Source: an uncultured Chloroflexia bacterium (GTDB taxonomy: Bacteria > Chloroflexota > Dehalococcoidia > SZUA-161). From it: a DNA stretch of 53,950 bases. Positions 41,359 through 52,216 of this stretch are shown piece after piece. Made by a program: the position numbers and the translations under genes. The stretch is from assembly GCA_963827295.1 (NCBI GenBank), contig CAWHAI010000016.1, forward strand, positions 1 through 53,950, read 5' to 3'. The notes beneath the pieces were generated by a model. The model had not been told where the DNA came from and did not search any database. It saw nothing but the letters and a program-made list of their open reading frames with translations. Within the stretch, counting starts at the first letter, position 1, and each line of letters starts with the position of its first letter.

Positions 41359-43884
41359 ATGGCTGCTAATAGATTCGACAAGTTCACAGAGCGGGCGCGC
41401 AAGGTTTTGGCCTTAGCCCAGGAAGAAGCCCGCAGGTTCAATCATAACTATATCGGCACCGAGCACATACTGCTGGGGCTGGTGCGGGAAGAAGAGGGGA
41501 TGGCTGCTAAAGTCCTCTCCAATCTCGGCATAGGATTGAACAAGGTCCGGGCTGCCGTTGAGTTCATCATAGGCCGCGGCGAGGGGACAACTCAGACCGA
41601 AGTCGGGCTCACCCCCAGGGCAAAAAAGGTTATCGAGCTTGCGGTGGATGAAGCCCGCTTGCTGGGGCATCAATATATCGGGACCGAACACATCTTACTC
41701 GGACTATTGCGCGAGGGTGAGGGGGTTGCTGCTGGCGTTCTGGAGAGCCTTGGCGTTAGCGTGGAACGCGTGCATGCAGAACTCAATCGTGTTCTCAGCC
41801 AGACCACGCCCCATCCCACAGCCGGGGCAAGACCTACCACCAAAACGCCAACCGTCGATCAACTTGGCGTGGACCTGACTGCAGCCGCCCGAGCAGGCAA
41901 GCTCGACCCGGTTATCGGGCGTGCTCGAGAGATCGAGCGAGTAATCCAGGTTCTCAGCCGACGTACTAAGAATAACCCTGTACTCATCGGAGAGCCTGGC
42001 GTAGGCAAGACAGCTATTGCCGAGGCTATTGCCCACCGTATCATAGCAGGAGATATCCCTGAGACATTGCAAGGGAAGAGATTGCTTACCCTCGATATCG
42101 GCTCTCTGGTTGCCGGGACGAAATATAGAGGTGAATTTGAGGAGCGGCTTAAGAAAGTCATTGAGGAGATAAAGGCTGCTAGCAACTGCATTCTCTTCAT
42201 AGATGAAATTCACACTCTAGTCGGCGCTGGCGCCGCCGAGGGCGCTGTCGACGCCGCTAGCATACTAAAGCCATCCCTGTCACGGGGTGAGCTGCAGTGC
42301 ATCGGCGCAACTACCCTGGACGATTACCGCAAGCATGTAGAGCGGGATGCCGCACTGGAACGACGTTTCCAGCCCATCTTGGTCGAGGAGCCGTCGATCG
42401 AGCAAACCATCGAGATTCTGAGAGGAATCAAGAGCCGCTACGAGGAATATCACCGTTTGTCCATAAATGACGAAGCCTTGAAGACAGCGGCTTCGTTGGC
42501 AGCGAGATATATCCCTGACCGCTTCCTGCCTGACAAGGCAATCGACCTCATTGATGAGGCCTCATCGAGGCTGCGAATTAAACAGTCTGGGCCTCCTCTA
42601 GATCTGAAAGAGCTTAGAAAAGCTCTGGAGATAACACACAAAGATAAAGAGCAGGCTATTAGCTCCCAGCAGTACGAGTATGCCGCTGAGTTGCGCGAAC
42701 GAGAACTGAACCTGCAAAAGAAGCTAGATGAAAAGGAAAACGAATGGCAAGGGCAGCAGAAGTCCGACACAGAGAAGAAGACGGTTACCGAGGAGCATAT
42801 CGCCGAAGTCGTCAGCATGTGGACTGGCATCCCGGTGACACGCCTCGCTTCAGATGAGTCCGCCCGATTGCTTCAGATGGAAGAGGCGCTGCATAAGCGC
42901 ATCGTGGGCCAAGACGAGGCCATCGTTGCCATTTCCAAGTCAGTAAGAAGGGCCCGGGCCGGGCTTAAAGACCCCAGACGCCCCATCGGCAGTTTCATCT
43001 TCCTCGGCCCCACCGGCGTAGGCAAGACGGAGCTAGTGCGGGCACTGGCCGAATTCATGTTTGGCAGCGAGGAAGCCCTGGTCAGGCTCGATATGTCTGA
43101 GTTCATGGAAAAGCACACCGTGGCTCGCCTCGTTGGCGCTCCTCCGGGGTATGTCGGCTATGACGAGGGGGGACAGTTGACCGAGGCTGTGAGGCGCAAA
43201 TCGTACTCTGCAATATTGCTGGATGAGATTGAGAAGGCTCATGATGATGTGTTCAACATCCTGCTGCAGATATTCGATGACGGCCATCTTACCGATGCGA
43301 AAGGACGCCGTGTCGATTTCCGCAATACAATCATAATTATGACCAGCAACATAGGCTCCGAGCTTATCAAGAAACAGGGCGCCATCGGCTTCATCTCTCG
43401 AAGTGATGAGGACAAGGCAGCCAAGCTGTCTTACGAGAAGATGAAAGACAAGGTGCTCAAAGAGATGAAGAAGAAATTCCGCCCCGAGTTCCTCAACCGC
43501 ATCGACGGGGTGGTAGTGTTCCACGCTCTGAGCCCAGAACATATCCGCAAGATTGTGGAGTTGATGCTGTCTCAAGTAGAGAATCAACTAAAAGAGAAGG
43601 ACATAAAGCTAAAGGTAACTGACGTGGCTAAGGACTTCCTGGGCGAGAAGGGCTATGACCCCGATTTTGGCGCTCGCCCTTTGAGACGCATCATCGAGCG
43701 GCTGTTGGAGGACCCGCTCTCCGATGCCCTTCTTAGTGGCACATTCCATCCAGGAAAGCTAATCGAGATAGACTTTCAAGAAAATGAAGATGGCAAGAGG
43801 ATCATCGTGCTTAAGCAAGATGATAAGGTTGTGCTTAAGGAGGTTGAGCCACAACAAGTTGCTGTGGCCAGCCGCTCTGCCTGA
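41359..43884 (+). CDS. clpC: ATP-dependent Clp protease ATPase ClpC
   Basis: Two Clp-N repeats '[10 protein letters not shown]'; 'GEPGVGKT'; UVR 'YEYAAELR'; 'GPTGVGKT'; the 'IGF' ClpP-docking loop. Confidence 0.97.
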   Translation: MAANRFDKFTERARKVLALAQEEARRFNHNYIGTEHILLGLVREEEGMAAKVLSNLGIGLNKVRAAVEFIIGRGEGTTQTEVGLTPRAKKVIELAVDEARLLGHQYIGTEHILLGLLREGEGVAAGVLESLGVSVERVHAELNRVLSQTTPHPTAGARPTTKTPTVDQLGVDLTAAARAGKLDPVIGRAREIERVIQVLSRRTKNNPVLIGEPGVGKTAIAEAIAHRIIAGDIPETLQGKRLLTLDIGSLVAGTKYRGEFEERLKKVIEEIKAASNCILFIDEIHTLVGAGAAEGAVDAASILKPSLSRGELQCIGATTLDDYRKHVERDAALERRFQPILVEEPSIEQTIEILRGIKSRYEEYHRLSINDEALKTAASLAARYIPDRFLPDKAIDLIDEASSRLRIKQSGPPLDLKELRKALEITHKDKEQAISSQQYEYAAELRERELNLQKKLDEKENEWQGQQKSDTEKKTVTEEHIAEVVSMWTGIPVTRLASDESARLLQMEEALHKRIVGQDEAIVAISKSVRRARAGLKDPRRPIGSFIFLGPTGVGKTELVRALAEFMFGSEEALVRLDMSEFMEKHTVARLVGAPPGYVGYDEGGQLTEAVRRKSYSAILLDEIEKAHDDVFNILLQIFDDGHLTDAKGRRVDFRNTIIIMTSNIGSELIKKQGAIGFISRSDEDKAAKLSYEKMKDKVLKEMKKKFRPEFLNRIDGVVVFHALSPEHIRKIVELMLSQVENQLKEKDIKLKVTDVAKDFLGEKGYDPDFGARPLRRIIERLLEDPLSDALLSGTFHPGKLIEIDFQENEDGKRIIVLKQDDKVVLKEVEPQQVAVASRSA

Positions 43885-43917
43885 GCATCCAACAAGTCTG
43901 GCGAAAAATGAACAATT

Positions 43918-43948
43918 TGTAAGGGCGGGTTTGAAACCCGCCCTTACA
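43918..43948. repeat. REP palindrome (GTAA variant)
   Basis: TGTAAGGGCGGGTTTGAAACCCGCCCTTACA, a compensatory variant of the 29166 copy. Confidence 0.85.
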
Positions 43949-44052
43949 TTTTAATATCAGTCTCTAGAAGAGCTTGCTTAAGGTTGTTTCGCTACGGCTG
44001 ATTTCTGGTTGGAGCAAATTTTCCATTTTGGGAAAAATGTAATAAAAATCTC

Positions 44053-44081
44053 TTGACCTGCCCCCCGCCGTCTGGTATCTT
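44053..44081 (+). promoter_or_regulatory. dnaA promoter TTGACC-N17-TATCTT
   Basis: Extended -10 TG; a DnaA-box-like AAATCCACA lies near 44120. Confidence 0.55.
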
Positions 44082-44326
44082 TAGTACGCAATTTTCCTTA
44101 TTTTGTTTGCCCCTATGAAAAATCCACAGAAGAAACACCCGCCATAGTCCAGACGTACTTCTAGACGTAGGAGTACCTCGCTCAAAAGCGACACCTTGGG
44201 GAAGGGCGCTCAAGTTTTTATTTTTGTTCGTACCAGAGCGCGGTTGCGTTATGCTTTTTTTGTGCACTAAAACACCGCCTGCCGGTGTGGAGGTTGCTAT
44301 GTATAGTCATGGTGGTGAGGTATGGT

Positions 44327-45679
44327 ATGAAAACGAGACCTGCTGCAGATATCTGGCAAGCGGCACTCGAAGAGTTGCAGGTAAAAGTAAGTCCAGCGAA
44401 CTACCAAACATGGTTGAAGAATACAGTAGGCTTGAACTATTTTGATAATTGTTTCACAGTTGGAGTGCCAAGCAGTTTCGTCACCGAGTCGCTGGAAAAG
44501 CGCTTACACCCTCTGATTGAGAAAACTTTAACCGGTATTACCGGGAAACCCCTGAAGGTCCAATTTCAAGTTCATCTGGGGAACGGGGATGAAGAGTTGG
44601 CCCCACCAGTCCCATCCTCACCCTCCTCCCCTAACTATAAACAGCGAACGGGCGCGCCCAAGCTGAATCGAAGGTACACTTTCTCCGCATTTATTGTGGG
44701 AAGCAGCAATCGTCTGGCCCATGCTGCCGCTCTGGGAGTGGCTGAGAACCCTGGCAATAGCTATAACCCCTTGTTCGTTTATAGCGGTGTGGGACTGGGG
44801 AAGACCCATCTTTTGCATGCTATAGGCTGGGTTGCCCTGAAATCCTGCCCTCGGGTCATGTACGTCACAGCCGAGCAGTTCACAAACGAGTTCATCAGCG
44901 CTATCAGAGAGAGAAGGAGCGAGGACTTCAGAAACAAATATCGTAGCGCGGATGTCTTGCTCCTGGATGATATACAATTCATAGCCGGCAAAGAGCAGAC
45001 CCAGGAGGGCCTGTTCCATACTTTCAATGACCTGCATACTAATAATAGCCAGATCGTCATCAGTTGTGACCGTCCCCCAAAGTCCCTAACCCTGCTCGAG
45101 GACAGATTGCGCTCCCGCTTCGAATGGGGGCTCATCGTTGACATGCAGCCACCAGACATAGAAACCAGAATAGCGATCCTGCAAACTAAGGCCGAAGACC
45201 AGAAAAGTTCAGTCCCCCCCGAGGTGCTGGAATTCATTGCGCGGCGCATCCAGAAGAATATCAGGGAACTGGAAGGAGCGCTTAACCGTGTCGTGGCCTA
45301 CGCCAGGCTTACCAAAGCCCCGCTAACTGTCGAACTCGCCACCCAAGCGCTGGCGGAGATAACCAGCGATGCCCATAAACGCACCATTACCCCGGTAGCG
45401 ATTATGAATACTGTAGCCCAATTTTTTGCCCTCCCAGCCGAAACCCTTCAAGGGAAGAGAAGAGACAAGCCATCATCACAGGCACGCCAGATAGTAATGT
45501 ACCTCCTCAGGGAAGAACTACAATGCTCCTGGACTCAGATTGGGAGAGAGTTGGGGAACAGAGACCACAGCACTATCCTCCATGGCTATCATAAGATTTC
45601 GGATGAGATCAATAGCGACCACGGGCTACGCCGAGACGTGCTGGAGATCAGGGAAAACCTTTATTCGAAATCCGCCTAA
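44327..45679 (+). CDS. dnaA: chromosomal replication initiator DnaA
   Basis: Motifs 'YNPLF.YSGVGLGKTHL', 'DDIQF', 'RLRSRF', 'NIRELEGAL' and 'RDHSTI'. The start is the ATG at 44327 after GAGG. Confidence 0.99.
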   Translation: MKTRPAADIWQAALEELQVKVSPANYQTWLKNTVGLNYFDNCFTVGVPSSFVTESLEKRLHPLIEKTLTGITGKPLKVQFQVHLGNGDEELAPPVPSSPSSPNYKQRTGAPKLNRRYTFSAFIVGSSNRLAHAAALGVAENPGNSYNPLFVYSGVGLGKTHLLHAIGWVALKSCPRVMYVTAEQFTNEFISAIRERRSEDFRNKYRSADVLLLDDIQFIAGKEQTQEGLFHTFNDLHTNNSQIVISCDRPPKSLTLLEDRLRSRFEWGLIVDMQPPDIETRIAILQTKAEDQKSSVPPEVLEFIARRIQKNIRELEGALNRVVAYARLTKAPLTVELATQALAEITSDAHKRTITPVAIMNTVAQFFALPAETLQGKRRDKPSSQARQIVMYLLREELQCSWTQIGRELGNRDHSTILHGYHKISDEINSDHGLRRDVLEIRENLYSKSA

Positions 45680-46000
45680 ACGATTCACCACCTAAAGCAT
45701 TAACATAAAAGTGTGGATAACTGCCCTCTTTTCGTGGAAATCTCATTCGAATCGTGGATAACTGCCTTGTCTTTATGTCTTCCTTTTTCAAACTAGTGCC
45801 ATTCTTTTCGCCCTTCCGTTAATGCCCATCACTTCCACAGCGATTTCCTTTCTCCCCTATAATCCTCCACTGATTACGCCAATTCAAACAGATATGCTTC
45901 CTACCTTTTCCACAAAGATACTATTATTATTTTACAGGTCTCTCCACTATGCTTATAATGAAATCTAATAGATAACAATATTACCTAAAAGGATAGATAT
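45680..46000. other. probable replication origin oriC
   Basis: DnaA boxes TGTGGATAA (45712), CGTGGATAA (45753) and TTTTCCACA (45906), the last followed by TAC-TAT-TAT-TAT trios and AT-rich DNA. Confidence 0.8.
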
Positions 46001-47086
46001 TTGATAGACAGAGTCGAAATTTATGTTAAGGGTGGGGATGGAGGTAATGGAGTGGTGGGCTTTCGTAGAGAGAAGTTTGTCCCTTATGGAGGTCCTGATG
46101 GAGGCAATGGGGGGGCAGGGGGCAGCGTTTACTTGGTTGGGGATGGAAACATCTCAACTTTGCTGGGTTTCAGGTATAAAAAGCAATTCCGGGCAGAGAG
46201 AGGTTCTCCTGGTAAGGGGAAGAATATGCATGGGAAGAGGGGAGAGGACCTGTTCATAAAGGTTCCTCTAGGTACCCAGGTGCGGCGCAAAAAGGAAGAG
46301 GGGACCGAAGAGCTGATAGCCGATGTGGTTGAGCATGGACAGCAGGTATTAGTTGCTAAAGGGGGAAGGGGAGGATTTGGCAATGCTCATTTCGCTACTT
46401 CTACCAACCAAGCTCCGCGCAATGCTGAAAAGGGTAAGCCGGGGGAGGAGGGATGGCTGGTGCTTGACCTTAAACTGATTGCAGATGTCGGCCTAGTCGG
46501 GTATCCCAATGCTGGAAAGTCAACCCTATTAAGCGCGGTATCAAAAGCTAGACCCAAGATCGCCGATTACCCTTTCACCACTACGGAACCTGTTCTGGGC
46601 GTTGTAGGTATGAACTACCGAAGCTTCGTCTTGGCTGATATCCCTGGGATTATCGAGGGTGCACACCAGGGTCGAGGGCTGGGGCTAGATTTCTTGCGCC
46701 ATATCGAGCGCACTAAGGTTCTTATCCAGCTTGTTGATGGCAGCTCAGCGGACCCGCTGTCTGACCTCCGTAAAGTTGAAGCGGAGCTTGAGGCATATGA
46801 GCCTACCTTGAAGGAGAGACCGCGCATTGTTGCCCTAAATAAAATAGACCTGCCTGAGGTCCGGAGTCGACTCCCCCAGCTCGAGATGGAGTTCAAGGCG
46901 TTTGAGTTCCCTGTTTACTTTATCTCAGCAGCGACTGGGGAGGGGGTCGAGGAGCTAATGATGAAGACCATGGAGTTACTATCTCAGGCTGGCGGTGCCG
47001 TCTTGGAGAAAAAGGAGGAGTCAGGATTTAAGGTGTTTCGGCCGCGCCCTTTGTCTCCTCAAAAAGGTGCGAGGCGAGGAGAGTAA
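46001..47086 (+). CDS. obgE: GTPase ObgE/CgtA
   Basis: Gly-rich Obg domain; 'GYPNAGKST', 'YPFTT', 'DIPG' and 'NKID'. Confidence 0.97.
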   Translation: MIDRVEIYVKGGDGGNGVVGFRREKFVPYGGPDGGNGGAGGSVYLVGDGNISTLLGFRYKKQFRAERGSPGKGKNMHGKRGEDLFIKVPLGTQVRRKKEEGTEELIADVVEHGQQVLVAKGGRGGFGNAHFATSTNQAPRNAEKGKPGEEGWLVLDLKLIADVGLVGYPNAGKSTLLSAVSKARPKIADYPFTTTEPVLGVVGMNYRSFVLADIPGIIEGAHQGRGLGLDFLRHIERTKVLIQLVDGSSADPLSDLRKVEAELEAYEPTLKERPRIVALNKIDLPEVRSRLPQLEMEFKAFEFPVYFISAATGEGVEELMMKTMELLSQAGGAVLEKKEESGFKVFRPRPLSPQKGARRGE

Positions 47087-47087
47087 C

Positions 47088-47721
47088 GTGAGCAAAACTA
47101 AGATAGGCATTTTGGGAGGCACCTTTGACCCCATACACATGGGGCATCTCATTGTGGCCGAGGATATCAGGCAAAAGATGGGGCTTGGCGAGGTGCTGTT
47201 CATCCCGGCAGGACGCCCCTGGCTCAAAATCAAAGAGAGAAAGCCTGTAAGCCAGGCAGAGCACAGGCTGGCTATGGTGAAACTGGCTATAGCATCGAAT
47301 CCCTGTTTCAAAGTGTCCACCATAGAAATTGACCGTCTCGGGCTTTCCTATAGTATAGATACCGTCCTGGAGTTGAAGGCTAAGCTAGGCGCTGGAGCCG
47401 AAATCTATTTCATTGTTGGGCCTGATGCCTTGGCGGAGTTTTCACTCGTGGAAAGAGCCGGCCCGGCTGGTGGGGATATGCCAGGTGGTGGGGATAGGCC
47501 GTCCTGGCCATGCGCAGCCCGATTTGCGCTCCCTGGAGGCATCTGTCCCTGGAGCCTCCAGGCTTATCATGTTAATTAACGTGCCCCAGATAGACATAAG
47601 CGCCAGCGAGATCAGAAATCGGGTCGCTCAGGGGCTTTCCATACGCTACCTGGTTCCTGATGCCGTAGAGAAATATATAGCGGAACATAAGTTGTATTTG
47701 CAAGAGGTGCAGTCCGCATAA
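47088..47721 (+). CDS. nadD: nicotinate-nucleotide adenylyltransferase (frameshift near 47445)
   Basis: Motifs '[11 protein letters not shown]', 'FIVGPD', 'WKEP' and 'ISASEIR'. Confidence 0.95.
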
Positions 47722-47806
47722 GGTGGATGCTTTGGGTTGCTTAAGAGCTCCATGGCTTTTCACGTCCTCGGCCCCTACGGATTGCTCACCGAAGGAGGGT
47801 TGTGAA

Positions 47807-48364
47807 GTGACCAGGGCTAGTGACAAAAGGCTGCTAGAGGTTTTTAAGGAGCATGCCGTCCTTCATGGCGATTTCACCCTCTCTTCAGGGCTGAAAAGCT
47901 CTTATTATTTCGACGGCAGGCTGGTGACCCTCTGGCCCGAGGGCGCTTATCTTATTGGGAAGAAGATATTCGATATTTTGAAGGGGACAGGGGTAGAGGC
48001 GGTGGGAGGCATGACTATGGGTGCAGACCCCATGGTTACAGCGGTATCTGTGGTCAGCCACCTGGAGGGCAAGCCTATCCCCGCTTTTATCGTCAGAGCG
48101 GAGGTAAAGGGGCATGGGACCCAGAAGGGCATCGAGGGGCCGCTGAAGAAGGGGTCGCGGGTGGCTATATTAGACGATGTTATCACCACAGGGGGCTCAG
48201 TGTTGCGGGCCATTGAGGCGGTGGAGGCGGAGGGCTGCAAGGTGGTCAAGGTGGTGGTGCTCCTCGACCGCCATCAGGGCGGGTCGGACGAGATCAGGCG
48301 CAGGGGCTACGACTTCCAGGCTATCCTGAGCGCCGATGCTGCGGGTGAGGTGAGTCTGGCATAG
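47807..48364 (+). CDS. pyrE: orotate phosphoribosyltransferase
   Basis: Motifs 'GDFTLSSG.KS.YY.D' and 'ILDDVITTGGS'; AAGGAGG RBS before the GTG at 47807. Confidence 0.95.
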   Translation: MTRASDKRLLEVFKEHAVLHGDFTLSSGLKSSYYFDGRLVTLWPEGAYLIGKKIFDILKGTGVEAVGGMTMGADPMVTAVSVVSHLEGKPIPAFIVRAEVKGHGTQKGIEGPLKKGSRVAILDDVITTGGSVLRAIEAVEAEGCKVVKVVVLLDRHQGGSDEIRRRGYDFQAILSADAAGEVSLA

Positions 48365-48394
48365 TAGGGTTATACTTTAGGAAGAGGGGGAGAA

Positions 48395-49894
48395 ATGGGT
48401 AAATCCGTGATTATAGTCGGGGCTGGCTTCGGTGGACTCTCAGCAGGCTGTTATGGGCAGATGAATGGCTATCGCACAACCATCTTTGAAATGCACGACA
48501 AGCCTGGAGGATTGTGCACAGCCTGGCAGCGCAAGGGCTACACCATAGATGGCTGTCTGCACTGGCTGGTGGGCTCAGCTCCTGGTACCAGCTTGTATAA
48601 CATATGGCAGGAGCTAGGTGCTTTGCAAGGTCAGCAGGTAATCGATATGGACCAGTTCTATCGCATCGAAGGCGCTGAGGGCAAGGCCTTCGACCTGTAC
48701 ACCGATATCGACCGTCTGGAAGCGCACATGAAAGAGATAGCTCCGGAAGATGCCAGGTTCATCGGCGAGTGTGCTAGAGTTATGCGCCGTTTCACCCGAT
48801 TTGAAATACCTGCTGACAAGGCGCCCGAGCTATACAACCCTTTTGACGGTTTGAAATTGATGTTCAGAATATTCCCGTACCTTGGCGCCATGAGGAAATG
48901 GGGGCGCATCACCATGAAAGATTTAGCCCTGCACTTCAAAAATCCCCTGATGCGCGAGGCATGGCAGCAGATATGGATGCCTGAGTTCTCTTCCGTATTC
49001 ATGTTGATGACTATCGCCATGATGCAGCAGAAGAGAGCCGGGTACGTCCTCGGCGGCTCGATGAAGCTGTCGAAAGCTGTTGAAAAAAGGTATCTCGATG
49101 CAGGCGGCGAGATAAGATATAAGTCTAGGGTGAGCAAGATACTTGTGGAGAACAACCGGGCAGTTGGTGTCAAACTGGCCGATGGCAGTGAGCACAGGGC
49201 AGATTATGTGATTTCGGCCGCCGATGGACATGCCACCATCTTCGAGATGCTGGAGGGTAAATACATCAACGATAAAATCCGAGGCTACTATGACAAAATG
49301 CTTATCTTTCAGCCTTTGATTTACATCGGTTTAGGCGTCAATCGTTCCTTTGATGATATGCCCAAGATAATATCCGGCCTGGTCTTTCAGCTTGAAAAGC
49401 CGATAACGATTGCCGGGGAAGAGAGAAAGTGGCTGAGTGTCCGTATCCACAACTTCGACCCCACGCTGGCTCCAGCCGGGAAGACAGTGCTCACTGTCAT
49501 GTTTCAGTCCAATTTCCCCTACTGGGAATCGTTGCGCAAGGACATATCGCGCTATCGGGCGGAGAAGGAGCAGATTGCGGAGACTGTCATTTCTCTTCTG
49601 GACAGACGCTTTCCGGGCTTGCGGTCTCAGGTGGAAATGCAGGATGTGGCGACGCCGTTCACCTTCCATCGCTATACGGGCAACTGGCAGGGCAGCTTTG
49701 AGGGCTGGTTGATGACGCCTGAGACGGCAACGATGAATATGAGCAAGACCCTGCCCGGGCTCGATTGCTTCTATATGGTAGGCCATTGGGTGCAGCCTGG
49801 GGGCGGCCTGCCCAGCGGCGCTATGACAGGTCGCCATGCCATCCAGTTTCTCTGCAAAAGGGATAAAAAGCCCTTTGTGGCAACGGTGCCGTAG
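48395..49894 (+). CDS. phytoene desaturase-family FAD-dependent oxidoreductase
   Basis: Motifs 'IVGAGFGGL', 'PGGLC..W.R.GY..DG', 'ATP.T..RYT.N..GS..G' and 'PGGGLP'. Confidence 0.9.
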   Translation: MGKSVIIVGAGFGGLSAGCYGQMNGYRTTIFEMHDKPGGLCTAWQRKGYTIDGCLHWLVGSAPGTSLYNIWQELGALQGQQVIDMDQFYRIEGAEGKAFDLYTDIDRLEAHMKEIAPEDARFIGECARVMRRFTRFEIPADKAPELYNPFDGLKLMFRIFPYLGAMRKWGRITMKDLALHFKNPLMREAWQQIWMPEFSSVFMLMTIAMMQQKRAGYVLGGSMKLSKAVEKRYLDAGGEIRYKSRVSKILVENNRAVGVKLADGSEHRADYVISAADGHATIFEMLEGKYINDKIRGYYDKMLIFQPLIYIGLGVNRSFDDMPKIISGLVFQLEKPITIAGEERKWLSVRIHNFDPTLAPAGKTVLTVMFQSNFPYWESLRKDISRYRAEKEQIAETVISLLDRRFPGLRSQVEMQDVATPFTFHRYTGNWQGSFEGWLMTPETATMNMSKTLPGLDCFYMVGHWVQPGGGLPSGAMTGRHAIQFLCKRDKKPFVATVP

Positions 49895-50153
49895 CAATCA
49901 AATTGGCCTCTCAACGTATTCACTTTTCCCTCAAAATGTGATAAAATTACTTAATGGGCTTAACTGATAGGCTGGCTACAAATAACCTTACTACATTACA
50001 TGCTGTAGCGTACTCATCATCTCCCCGGGGACCTTTTCACCAGTCACAATACTTCAGCGTAATCGGGCATGATTTATTAAGGCTTGTTTTGGCCGTTGAC
50101 ATAATTTATTAAGCCTGGCTTGTTAGACGGGCATGACTTTGAGCGGGAGATAA

Positions 50154-52067
<1,914 letters not shown>

Positions 52068-52216
52068 CCTCCAAATCCCAAGCTTGAAACCTCACCACGA
52101 CCCACGAAACGATCCGCGCAACCGTAACCTATTTACGCAACCACCCATAACTAAATGGCCCATTTTGGTAAGGCTATTGCTAGGTGGCAGCAATCCCTCC
52201 CACCAATCATAGCGTA

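Noticed and set aside
43992-44267. rpmH or another gene divergent from dnaA
   Set aside because: The ORF does not resemble L34 and overlaps the promoter region.
13860-47450. Programmed frameshifting or true pseudogenes
   Set aside because: The indels share no slippery motif and hit essential genes without other decay, so sequence error is more likely.
11551-49894. Carotenoid pathway from the CrtC-like and CrtI-like genes
   Set aside because: The genes are 36 kb apart, there is no crtB or crtE, and both families are functionally broad.
52185-52205. tRNA/tmRNA 3' remnant (TCCACCA) as an integration site
   Set aside because: There is no T-arm (GTTCGA) upstream; probably chance.
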